Shown one piece after another: positions 29,178 through 37,646 of a stretch of DNA of 64,000 nucleotides. How positions within the stretch are numbered: the first letter of the stretch is position 1; every line of letters begins with the position of its first letter. The notes beneath the pieces are model-generated. The model was not told the DNA's origin and searched no databases. It saw only the letters and a program-made list of their open reading frames with translations. The position numbers and the translations under genes were made by a program. The stretch is from Planctomycetota bacterium (GTDB lineage: Bacteria; Planctomycetota; Planctomycetia; Pirellulales; Pirellulaceae): positions 8,562 through 72,561 of the forward strand of contig CAUZBP010000013.1 of NCBI GenBank assembly GCA_963578105.1, written 5' to 3'.

Positions 29178-30011
29178 ATGCAAGACACGGAACAGAATCT
29201 GAAGGACATACTGGCCGCCCCCAGTTATCGCCTTGCTGAACTCGATACCAGTTTTCTGCAGCGGCGTGAATTGCGTCCCATCCGGCTGCAATTGGAACTG
29301 CTCAAACCCGAGATGATCCTATCTGAACAACGTATCAACTCGACAATTGTCGTGTTTGGCGGTACCCAAGTGGTGGCTGCTGAAGAAGCCCAGGACGGGG
29401 TGGCGCGAGCGAAAATGGATTTGGAGCAGTCGCCGGGTAATGTAAAACTCCAACGCGGTCTTTTACGAGCCCGGAGCATTCTGGATAAATCCAAATACTA
29501 TGAAGCGGCACGCGAGTTTTCCCGTTTGGTCTCCGTCGCCTGTCAAAACAACGACAGCTACGATTATGTGATCACCACCGGAGGCGGCCCAGGTATCATG
29601 GAAGCGGCAAATCGGGGCGCGTTTGAAGCGGGTTGCAAATCGATGGGATTGAATATCACAATACCCGAGGAGCAGGCTCCCAATCCCTACATCACCCCCG
29701 AACTTTGTTTTCAGTTTCATTATTTCGCCTTGCGCAAAATGCATTTTTTATTTCGTGCCAAAGCTCTAGTAGTCTTTCCCGGGGGGTTTGGAACTCTCGA
29801 CGAACTGTTTGATGCGTTGACTCTTCGCCAAACACGTCGCATGCAGGAAATTCCAATCATCTTGTTTGGTGAGGAATATTGGAGTCGAGTGGTCGATTTT
29901 CAATTCCTGGCCGACCAAGGTGTGATTTGCGATGAGCATCTGAATCTGATCAGCTACGTGGAAACTCCCGAACAGGCATGGGAAACCGTCTCGCAGTTTC
30001 ACGACCACTGA
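29178..30011 (+). CDS. LOG family (TIGR00730-type, 'lysine decarboxylase-like') nucleotide phosphoribohydrolase
   Basis: GGGPGIMEAANRGA and PGGFGTLDELFDALTLRQT (PGGxGTxxE) motifs. I prefer the ATG at 29178 (MQDTEQNL); the upstream extension to 28869 looks non-coding. Confidence 0.85.
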   Translation: MQDTEQNLKDILAAPSYRLAELDTSFLQRRELRPIRLQLELLKPEMILSEQRINSTIVVFGGTQVVAAEEAQDGVARAKMDLEQSPGNVKLQRGLLRARSILDKSKYYEAAREFSRLVSVACQNNDSYDYVITTGGGPGIMEAANRGAFEAGCKSMGLNITIPEEQAPNPYITPELCFQFHYFALRKMHFLFRAKALVVFPGGFGTLDELFDALTLRQTRRMQEIPIILFGEEYWSRVVDFQFLADQGVICDEHLNLISYVETPEQAWETVSQFHDH

Positions 30012-30188
30012 AGCTTTCCCGGTGAACAAGGCCCTTTCTCCGCTTGCCGGACCTTGACGCCAGGGTTGGGAAAAATGATCGGCGACCTGTCTCGCTGGCA
30101 ACGTTTGTTTTTAAACCTCGCTGGTCGAGGGTCTTGAGCGTCTCCGCCTCGATCCTGCCCTTCTCTCCGCCTTGATTTCTCTTGCAAC

Positions 30189-31085
30189 ATGAGCCAGAAT
30201 TCAAGGTCTGACATGAAACTGAAAAAACTGTTGGGAGCACATCTGGGGATGGTTTTTGCGCACATTGAAAAACTGAAGCAGGAATATACGGACAAGTATG
30301 TGACGGTTGATGAACAACGACCGGAACTCCGGCGTTTTGGCCACATGACCGGGATCGTCAAAACCGTAAACATGAATGGTCGAGCTCTGGTCGAATTCGA
30401 TGGCTTGGAAAACATCGGCTGGTACGATATTGAGATTGATTTTTTGAAGGTGGTTGATAAGCCGGTTGTCCATGAAACAACCAAGAAGACACCGGCAGCC
30501 AAGGCTCCTTCGGAGTTGGAGAAAGCCCGTGCGGCTGACAGCAAAACGACCGGCAGAAAACCGTCCGTGGAGGATGTCCTGGCGGAGGCTCGTACGGACA
30601 AACTCTCGACAAGCGGTGCCCAGTCCAAGTCGGCTGCCAAAAATGTTCAAGCGATGAGTGTAGAAGATATTCTGGCTGCAGCTCGAGGAGGAGAAGGTGG
30701 AGCGAAAGTAGCACCGTCAAACTCTCCAACCGTGGACGCAGACGATGTGGCTGCGGTGCTGGAGGCGGCGCGCAAACCGAAGTCCGGTCCTGCGGCGGCA
30801 TCAACTTCAGCTGCGCCCCCCAGCCTCGATCCGAAATCGATGAGTGTGGCCGATGTGCTGGCGGCAGCCCGTGGCAACCAAGCCGCAAGTCCCACCTCGG
30901 GTCAAGACGTGGCGGAGGAAGAACCCAGCTCGCCTGAAGAAGCGGCGGCAGAAGACATCTCTGAGTCGGAGCAGGAACCAGCATCCGCGACGGAGGAAGA
31001 AGTTGAAGAAGGGACAACTGTCGGCGAACTCCCGACGGACGTCGAAGGCATACTAGCCTACTGCCGAGAGCGCGACGGATCCTAA
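30189..31085 (+). CDS. Hypothetical protein: ~90-aa N-terminal globular domain plus an Ala/Glu-rich disordered tail with five SVxD[VI]LAxAR-type repeats
   Basis: ATG start. The long antisense ORFs on the opposite strand are low-complexity shadows. The repeats are listed in the findings. Confidence 0.7.
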   Translation: MSQNSRSDMKLKKLLGAHLGMVFAHIEKLKQEYTDKYVTVDEQRPELRRFGHMTGIVKTVNMNGRALVEFDGLENIGWYDIEIDFLKVVDKPVVHETTKKTPAAKAPSELEKARAADSKTTGRKPSVEDVLAEARTDKLSTSGAQSKSAAKNVQAMSVEDILAAARGGEGGAKVAPSNSPTVDADDVAAVLEAARKPKSGPAAASTSAAPPSLDPKSMSVADVLAAARGNQAASPTSGQDVAEEEPSSPEEAAAEDISESEQEPASATEEEVEEGTTVGELPTDVEGILAYCRERDGS

Positions 31086-31420
31086 TACCAGCAGGTCAAG
31101 GTTCAGAGCGCCCGCGTTACGAACTTGTTGGAGTCAGGTGGTCCTGTTGCGTTTTGATTGGGGATAGGTGACCAACAAGCCTCTCGAATTCCTGCTGCTT
31201 ACCACTTCTGTCAGTTGATCGATGGCCCGGATGATACATCAGCTCCACGTTGCCAGAGGCCATCTGTGAAATATGAAATCGGATGGTTGCGGACCTGAAA
31301 ACCGGCAAGGATTGAGGTTGGTGCAGGCGCGGAAGAATGGAATTTCACTACCGGCATTGAGTCAGGAAACGAGTGAGCCGCAGCCTACTGCCTCACCGGA
31401 GCCCCAGCAAGTTCAGCCAC

Positions 31421-32569
31421 TTACTTGACGTCCAACATGCGTTCGAGGGCAACCAGTGACCAACGGCTGGTTTCCTCGTCGACTTCAATGACATTCACCG
31501 GAGTTCCCATAGCCAGATTTTCGACACTCCAGCACAGATGTGCCAGATCGATGCGGTACATGGTGGCACACATGCAGACGACGGGCGATAGAAAATGGAT
31601 TTCTTGTTCAGGATGCTCGTGCTTGAGTCGATTGACCAGGTGTAATTCCGTACCAATGGCCCACTTGGTGCCAGGTGCTGCTTCTTCGACCGTACGAATG
31701 ATGGTTCCAGTGGAGCCTGACACATCGGCCAAATCATTGACTTTCTGTGGACATTCGGGATGCACCAGAATCTTGATGTCGGGGCTTTGTTCTCGAAATT
31801 GATGGACATGTTCAGCCCGAAACATTTGGTGGACGCTGCAATGACCTTTCCAGAGAATCACTTTGCTGTCTTGGACCGCTTGTTGCGAGTTGCCGCCATA
31901 ATCAGGATCGTGGGGATCCCAGACAGGCATTTGCGCATTGGTAATATCCATCTTTAAGGCCGTGTTACGGCCTAAGTGCTGGTCTGGAAAAAATAACACG
32001 CGGCTGGTGCGTGAAAAGGACCAGTCCAACACGGCTGCTGCGTTACTGGACGTGCAAACAATGCCTCCGTTCCGACCACAGAATGCCTTGAGACTGGCTG
32101 CCGAGTTAATGTAGGTGACCGGTGTCACATCATCGGTGTCGATAATCTCGCCCAAATCCTGCCAAGCAGCCTCGACCTGTTCGATGGCTGCCATATCTGC
32201 CATCGAACAACCTGCGGCCATGTCAGGGAGAATGACTGCCACCCTGTGGCCTGCGCGTTCTGCTAGCTTTTCCGGGCGGTTGGCCAAGATGTCTGCTGTC
32301 TCAGCCATGAAATGGACCCCACAGAAAACGATGAATCGACAATCCGTACTGCGGGCCGCCATTTGACTGAGTTGATAGCTGTCCCCACACAGGTCTGCCA
32401 GTTCGATCACTTCATCCTGTTGATAATGGTGACCCAAAATCAACAATTGCTTTCCCAACTGCTGGCGGGCGACGTTAATGCGATCCCGTAACTCGTCATT
32501 TTCTAATGACTTGTAAGGCGGAAGCTGAAAAGAGCCGGGTTGTTCGATGGCCAAATTCATAGACGGCAT
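31421..32569 (-). CDS. nadA: Quinolinate synthase
   Basis: LLILGHHYQQDEVIELAD, FCGVHFMAETA, and the three-fold NadA repeat with conserved Cys (CSMA..., CTSSNA, HPECP). Start is the ATG at 32569 or 32560. The track's GTG at 32608 would lie at or before the predicted transcription start. Confidence 0.95.
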   Translation of the reverse strand: MPSMNLAIEQPGSFQLPPYKSLENDELRDRINVARQQLGKQLLILGHHYQQDEVIELADLCGDSYQLSQMAARSTDCRFIVFCGVHFMAETADILANRPEKLAERAGHRVAVILPDMAAGCSMADMAAIEQVEAAWQDLGEIIDTDDVTPVTYINSAASLKAFCGRNGGIVCTSSNAAAVLDWSFSRTSRVLFFPDQHLGRNTALKMDITNAQMPVWDPHDPDYGGNSQQAVQDSKVILWKGHCSVHQMFRAEHVHQFREQSPDIKILVHPECPQKVNDLADVSGSTGTIIRTVEEAAPGTKWAIGTELHLVNRLKHEHPEQEIHFLSPVVCMCATMYRIDLAHLCWSVENLAMGTPVNVIEVDEETSRWSLVALERMLDVK

Positions 32570-32615
32570 GCTGGCAGATGACGGTTGCGCAACGAGGAAA
32601 AAACACACAACCTAG

Positions 32616-32644
32616 ATTATATCGGCCGGTCTCCCCTGAGTCAG
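32616..32644 (-). promoter_or_regulatory. Sigma-70-like promoter candidate for nadA (CTGACT-N17-TATAAT)
   Basis: On the minus strand there is a TATAAT (plus-strand coordinates 32616-32621) preceded by CTGACT at a 17-bp spacing, about 47 nt upstream of the ATG at 32569. Planctomycete promoter rules are poorly known. Confidence 0.3.
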
Positions 32645-32783
32645 CTTATGACAGGCCTTTATTTTGAGAAAGGTTGCCGCTTCCGGGGGTCGATAACCAA
32701 GGCGGGATCCCGTTTCAGAGGGCCAACCATCAATCGTCGATCCGTGGCAATTTCTTTCATCCGCTAGTTCCGGAGATTATCAC

Positions 32784-33038
32784 TTGCCCAAGTTGCCTCC
32801 TCACGCACGCAGTTTGTTGAAACTGAAAGTTCCCGTTGTGGCGACCCTGGCCAGTAAAAAGGAACCGATTAGCGAGATTGTTCGTTTGGTTCCGGGGACA
32901 ATCATTCACTTTGCTAAGTCTTGTAACGAGGTGTTGGAACTCGAAGTAGGTGATGCACGTTTAGCGGTAGGCGAGGCTGTCAGTGTAGATGACAAATATG
33001 GCTTACGTATCACGTCAATGCACCTGCCGAACAAGTAA
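32784..33038 (+). CDS. fliN: Stand-alone FliN/SpoA-domain protein (flagellar motor switch / T3SS C-ring-like)
   Basis: LLKLKVPVVATLASKKEPISEIVRLVPGTIIHFAKSCNEVLELEVGDARLAVGEAVSVDDKYGLRITSM aligns by eye with the FliN C-terminal (SpoA) consensus (...V.L.V.LG.....I.ELL.L..G.VI.LD.......V.I.VNG..IA.GE.V.V....GVRIT.I). TTG start with GGAG 8 nt upstream. Confidence 0.75.
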   Translation: MPKLPPHARSLLKLKVPVVATLASKKEPISEIVRLVPGTIIHFAKSCNEVLELEVGDARLAVGEAVSVDDKYGLRITSMHLPNK

Positions 33039-33271
33039 GTCACGATGTGTTTGAAAGGGAAATGATCGCAAATTGGTGCGGATTAGAGAATCACAGCCAC
33101 TGCAGATACCGCTGAGGCAACAGCCACTTCTGCGAATACGGATCAGCAGTTAGTCACTCACCGCCCATTCTGGAATGGACGGCCTACAGCATCCTGTTCT
33201 CAAGCGAAGGTTGTGAGTTCGCATGCGTTGCTCATCGACGAACAGGCTTCTTTGACGACTTGCCTCTCCGA

Positions 33272-35272
33272 TTAACCCGCCTTTGGGTCATCATCGAAAG
33301 TGGTAGGTCCTGGAAAGTCAACGGCATCCGGGCGGTGTTGGAGTGAATGCAGCGGACCCGTCACGGAAGCGGCCAGTCGTTGGCCGGCGAGATCCGGGTT
33401 TGAAAGGTCCAGCGAGGAATTGGAAGAGGAATGTTCCTCTTGGTAGAGGTGTAGGGTTCGGGTCGGAAACGCAAATGAGACACCCAATCGTTCTGCCAAC
33501 TCCAAGATATCAACGAATAGTCGATGTTTTTCACGCAACTCCACCGCCCAGTCGGGGCATTCCAAAAAGCAGTACAGCAAGATGTTCAATGAGTTGTCGC
33601 TAAACCCATTGAAGTAGACGTGATAATAGTCCTTTCGTGTGTAGGGGTGTCGCCGGAGCAACTCACGGATTCCCTCGCAAAAGGCGTCGATTTGTGCGGG
33701 AGATGTGTCGTACTGCACACCTAGGATGGACTTGATCCGCCGGTAGCGGCGGCGGCCCATGTTATCCACAATCGCCGTCGTCAGGTTGCTATTGGGAACT
33801 GTAATTTGGGAATTGTAGAATGTACGGATTCGGGTGCTGCGAAACCCGACCGTTTCCACAGTCCCTTCAACTTCGCCCGTCACGATCCAGTCACCGATCT
33901 CAAACGGTCTGTCCACCAAAACGGTAATGGATCCGAACAGGTTGCTCACGGCATCCTGCGCTGCTAAAGCTAACGCCATGCCACCGATGGCAGTTCCTCC
34001 GAGCAACCCCGCCATGGGAAAGCTGAGAGTTTGAGCACAAGTAAGAATACCAATGGTGACCACAAAAACCTTCAAAGATTTCGACATCAGGGGAATAATC
34101 AAGTCGTCAAACTTAGAATCGGTTTTGAGTGCTTGACGCGCCAAGTAAGCGGACAACAGGTTGATGAGCAGGAATCCTGTCCAGACCCCCGCCACCACTG
34201 CGAAAAATTTTAGTCCCACCAGAAGGATCGTCGTAGTAACGGACGGCAAGTCGACCAGCGTGGCTCCGCCATACCAAATCAGTGCTTGTGCCAAGAGTCC
34301 GACGGGTCTCCAGAGTTTGCGTTCTATTTTGCGTTCTTCTTCACTTTCTTCATTTAGGAGCATTACGGAAGTGATGCGCCTGAGGATGAAACGAATCACC
34401 AGATCCGCAATAAATCCCAGGAAGATCAGAATCAAAAGAAACATCCACTGATAAGTTGGCAAGAGAAAATAAACTTTGCGCAGACTGGCTGGAAAGAGCG
34501 CGCGTAAACGTTCTTCCGGAGGTACGATACCTTCGCCTGGTGTCAGTCCAGCAACCTCGTCACGATCTTCCCAGTGAGGCCAAATGTCGTCGATTGCGTT
34601 AACCGTTGATTGACTGAATTGCCACAAGCCGTTCTGATTTCGCATTAAAAATATTCGGGCCGCATCCTCCAGGTCTTGACTGCCTTCCAAATAATTTGAC
34701 AGGATTTCTTCGCCCAGCAGGTAGGGGCTGTCTGTTTCCGGATCTTCCGGTAGTTTCTCAAAATCAATCCAGCGCATACGATCAATTGTCGCCTTCAAGC
34801 GGTATGCCCAAACATCTCCACGACTTTTGACAGCCACAGAGCTCCATGTGGACAAGTCCAGACATTGGGCCGCCGTTGCTCCATCGTTTTGATTGATGAA
34901 TGTAACTAACGACTGGACGCACGCGCGTGGCGAGGCAAGCCTTTTAGCCTGCTGGAAATCAATCTCCGATTGGTGCGTTTGTGCAGTCGATACGTGCTCC
35001 TCCTCCTTGTCAGCCTCCGCAAGGGCCAGACCGGGAAAGGACAACAAGACGATTAGCAAGATGGTGAGATGCCGTGGACGGTGTACAAGGTGGAGTCGTC
35101 GGGGAACTTGCCAGCGGCGGACTTGAACTAAGGATTTTGAAGTTGTAGTGACCACAGGTCTTTCTCCCGAAATCGATGGATTGTTTGCGGAGAAAGTTTG
35201 GCAGAGATCGGGAGATAAGGAAAGATCGTTTGGCAAGCGGCCAGCCGTAAAAACAGAGTCGACCCGGCGCAT
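33272..35272 (-). CDS. Mechanosensitive ion channel (MscS family) with a large N-terminal periplasmic domain
   Basis: MscS pore helix and beta-domain GGTAIGGMALALAAQDAVSNLFGSITVLVDRPFEIGDWIV..GTVETVGFRSTRIRTFYNSQITVPNS, with several upstream TM helices and a signal/anchor. Confidence 0.85.
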   Translation of the reverse strand: MRRVDSVFTAGRLPNDLSLSPDLCQTFSANNPSISGERPVVTTTSKSLVQVRRWQVPRRLHLVHRPRHLTILLIVLLSFPGLALAEADKEEEHVSTAQTHQSEIDFQQAKRLASPRACVQSLVTFINQNDGATAAQCLDLSTWSSVAVKSRGDVWAYRLKATIDRMRWIDFEKLPEDPETDSPYLLGEEILSNYLEGSQDLEDAARIFLMRNQNGLWQFSQSTVNAIDDIWPHWEDRDEVAGLTPGEGIVPPEERLRALFPASLRKVYFLLPTYQWMFLLILIFLGFIADLVIRFILRRITSVMLLNEESEEERKIERKLWRPVGLLAQALIWYGGATLVDLPSVTTTILLVGLKFFAVVAGVWTGFLLINLLSAYLARQALKTDSKFDDLIIPLMSKSLKVFVVTIGILTCAQTLSFPMAGLLGGTAIGGMALALAAQDAVSNLFGSITVLVDRPFEIGDWIVTGEVEGTVETVGFRSTRIRTFYNSQITVPNSNLTTAIVDNMGRRRYRRIKSILGVQYDTSPAQIDAFCEGIRELLRRHPYTRKDYYHVYFNGFSDNSLNILLYCFLECPDWAVELREKHRLFVDILELAERLGVSFAFPTRTLHLYQEEHSSSNSSLDLSNPDLAGQRLAASVTGPLHSLQHRPDAVDFPGPTTFDDDPKAG

Positions 35273-35434
35273 CGAAAATGAAGGATGCCGATGTCCGGAA
35301 GCCTGACCCTGCCGGAAAGCGTTAAGACTGTCTTGCCCGGGTACTTGTGCTTAGCTCTTACGAGCTTTTTTCAGCTCGGAACCGTTAGAAATTCCATCCC
35401 AAAAGCCGGCCCTTTGTGCAGGGCACGAGCGTGC

Positions 35435-37282
35435 TCACTCGCGACCTAAATGGCAGCGAATACATGACGCAGCCAGCACTTGCGGGTTAATTCGGTGATT
35501 TTCTTTGTGGTAAGGTGACAATTCTCCGTGACATTCGCGACAGTCGATCTTATTTTTCATTGTTTTGGCGTGTACGTTTTCAAAGTGCCAATATCCGGGC
35601 CGCTGTTTTGTTAGTTCGGAATCAAAGTTGTGACAGTCAGCACACTTTAGCGCAGCCGCCTTTTCGACTTGCTGTGGCAGCTCAGTGCGCGTAAGAATTG
35701 AACGAGCAGCGACCCGGCCGGTCAGTATACACGGGCCTAAAAATGTTCCTTCCAGGGAGGACTTGCCATTGATCAATGCCAGGCCGGTCAATTCGCCCAC
35801 AGCGTATAACCCGTGTATGGGCTGCAACTGCCTGTCGACCACTCGACAACTGCGGTCGATGGCCACTCCGCCCATGCTTTTCCGGGTGAGCGGGTAAGTT
35901 TGCATTCCATAAAACGGAGGTGTTGTGAGTTGCGGTGATGCCACCTTGTTAAACTTGGTTTTGCCCGGTCCGAATCGTCCAAAGTCGGCATCTTCACCAG
36001 CTGCAACGAACTGGTTATATCGCTTCAGAGTGTTGGCCAGGTTCTTCTCGGGCAGGCCCGTTAAATTTGCCAATTCTTCAATCGTCTCAGCCTTTTTGAC
36101 CAGGTGAGAATTCTGCAAGATCAAACGGTCGACTTTCTCGAATTCAGCCCAGTCCGAACCGGATACGCTGAAGCGTGACTTGGTAGCTTCGTCAAAAATA
36201 AACCAGCATGTCACCGGGTCTAGGGCCAAGAGCGGCGGCATGACTTGCTTGGCCCACCCGTGTAAATTAGCAAACCTTCGACCTTCCGCGTTGACGAGAA
36301 TGCCCCACATGTTGGCAGCATTGAGTCCCTTGTTGCTGTCGGGATAGCGGGGGTCGGGGATCCCCGTAAAGTAGTTCCATTGATAATCCATCTTCACCAG
36401 TTGACCGCCCACCCGTTGAGCCATCTGATGACCTAGGCCGATTGAGTGCCTTCCCGAACCAACCAGGATGCGTCGGGGAAACTTGAATTCCTGCGGCCAG
36501 TACTTGCGGACCATCTCCAAGTTGTTCTGGAAACCACCGGTAGCCAGTACGACAGCATCCGCCGACAATCGCTCGATAGTGTTATCACGCATGTGATACG
36601 TTTCAACACCCGTTAGTCGGCCGTCTTCCACCAGTAATCTTTCAGCTCGGGTATGCCATAGGAAACGAACGTTCTTCAGTTCCAGGCACGCGCGATAGAT
36701 TGGCGTCACCAGTCCGATTCCCCGGTTCGTTGGCTGGTGATTGCGATCAGCGGTGTTTCCTGGAGTTGGTACGACCTCGGAGAAAAGTACGCCCAGATCG
36801 ATCAACCAGTCGTAGATCTGACTGGATGATTGTTCAACGTAATACCGGACCCACATTTGGTCCGCTCCTTCACCCCAGTTGATGAAATCTCTGAAGGCAA
36901 TTTCGGGAGAATCGTGGATACCCGCCAGCCGTTGCATGGGTGTATCAATGATGGAGAGTGCGCCCTGGGACATCACCGCATGTCCACCAAATACTGACGA
37001 CATGTCGATGACTGTCACCTCGGCTCCGCCACGTGCCAATTCGAGTGCGGACGTGAGCCCTGAAATTCCCGCGCCGACCACGACGACAGAAGGGGTCTTG
37101 TGCATCGACTCCGTGGATGAAAGAAGCTTTCTACTGTTTTCTTCATGGGCCCCCGGATGGGCCTGTTCTTTGGCTTCGCACCCGACCAGCACGGCAAGAA
37201 CGGGCAGCTGGAAAAAAAGCCAAACGGCCCATACAGTGATTTGACCCGGGTTGACTGTCGACGATTGAAAACGCGAAATCAT
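35435..37282 (-). CDS. Lipoprotein flavocytochrome: FAD-dependent oxidoreductase (fumarate reductase/KstD-like FAD_binding_2 fold) with a C-terminal tri-haem c module
   Basis: Lipobox-like LAVLVGC. Dinucleotide fold VVVVGAGISGLTSALELARGG, then ATGGF and GLYAVGE. The last ~70 aa carry three CxxCH motifs (CADCH, CRECH, CIRCH), encoded at 35438-35644. Confidence 0.85.
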   Translation of the reverse strand: MISRFQSSTVNPGQITVWAVWLFFQLPVLAVLVGCEAKEQAHPGAHEENSRKLLSSTESMHKTPSVVVVGAGISGLTSALELARGGAEVTVIDMSSVFGGHAVMSQGALSIIDTPMQRLAGIHDSPEIAFRDFINWGEGADQMWVRYYVEQSSSQIYDWLIDLGVLFSEVVPTPGNTADRNHQPTNRGIGLVTPIYRACLELKNVRFLWHTRAERLLVEDGRLTGVETYHMRDNTIERLSADAVVLATGGFQNNLEMVRKYWPQEFKFPRRILVGSGRHSIGLGHQMAQRVGGQLVKMDYQWNYFTGIPDPRYPDSNKGLNAANMWGILVNAEGRRFANLHGWAKQVMPPLLALDPVTCWFIFDEATKSRFSVSGSDWAEFEKVDRLILQNSHLVKKAETIEELANLTGLPEKNLANTLKRYNQFVAAGEDADFGRFGPGKTKFNKVASPQLTTPPFYGMQTYPLTRKSMGGVAIDRSCRVVDRQLQPIHGLYAVGELTGLALINGKSSLEGTFLGPCILTGRVAARSILTRTELPQQVEKAAALKCADCHNFDSELTKQRPGYWHFENVHAKTMKNKIDCRECHGELSPYHKENHRINPQVLAASCIRCHLGRE

Positions 37283-37464
37283 CGATGCGGCCTCATGTGC
37301 TCCGCGGTCCGTTTTTGAATCCAGGATTTCCAGCGTAGGATTTGGGATTCCAGGATGGTTTCAAGTCTGAGGTGCGAAGTTTTCATCCCTGAACAGCAGG
37401 TCGGTGACGAGTGTCAGTTGCCTCGCCGATGAACGTCGTGGGCACCAAAAATAATTCAGAAATA

Positions 37465-37499
37465 TACCTGGGTACAATCAACTGACAGTACCTGGGTAC
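37465..37499. promoter_or_regulatory. Duplicated operator-like site: TACCTGGGTAC at 37465-37475 and 37489-37499 (second copy GTACC-TG-GGTAC)
   Basis: An exact 11-nt direct repeat with 24 bp between starts. Each copy is an inverted repeat (TACC/GGTA arms). It lies 183-217 bp upstream of the flavocytochrome ATG. Confidence 0.35.
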
Positions 37500-37646
37500 G
37501 AAAGTGATCTCTTCCAAAGGGTCGTAAGTCGGCCGTAGGAAACAGTGTCACGAGGTCCTACAAGGGCTCCGAGCGTCTTCGAGGGGAATCCATCCATCGT
37601 TATTTCAAACACGAGTCACCGGTGCCTGTCCGCGTCTCAACCTGAT

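Noticed and set aside
29999-31017. Two long antisense ORFs (29999-30640, 213 aa; 30358-31017, 219 aa) opposite the repeat-motif protein gene.
   Set aside because: They are shadows of an Ala/Glu-rich low-complexity coding region (GCN/GAR codons give stop-free antisense frames). Their products are Pro/Arg/Leu-rich with no features.
32672-32698. Hairpin GGTT-atcgACCCCCGgaagCGGc-AACC (minus strand) upstream of nadA. It is reminiscent of one domain of the NAD+-I (nadA motif) riboswitch, with a CAACAnCCCC-type bulge.
   Set aside because: Only one domain-like element is present, and its match to the conserved bulge is partial. It also lies upstream of a good sigma-70-like promoter candidate (CTGACT-N17-TATAAT, 32616-32644), so it would probably not be in the nadA 5' UTR. 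It is worth one cmsearch with the Rfam nadA model, but I do not claim it.
35353-35371. Plus-strand terminator-like hairpin AGCTC-ttac-GAGCT followed by TTTTT.
   Set aside because: Both flanking genes are on the minus strand, so there is no plus-strand transcript to terminate. The stem is only 5 bp. In the minus orientation there is no U-tract.
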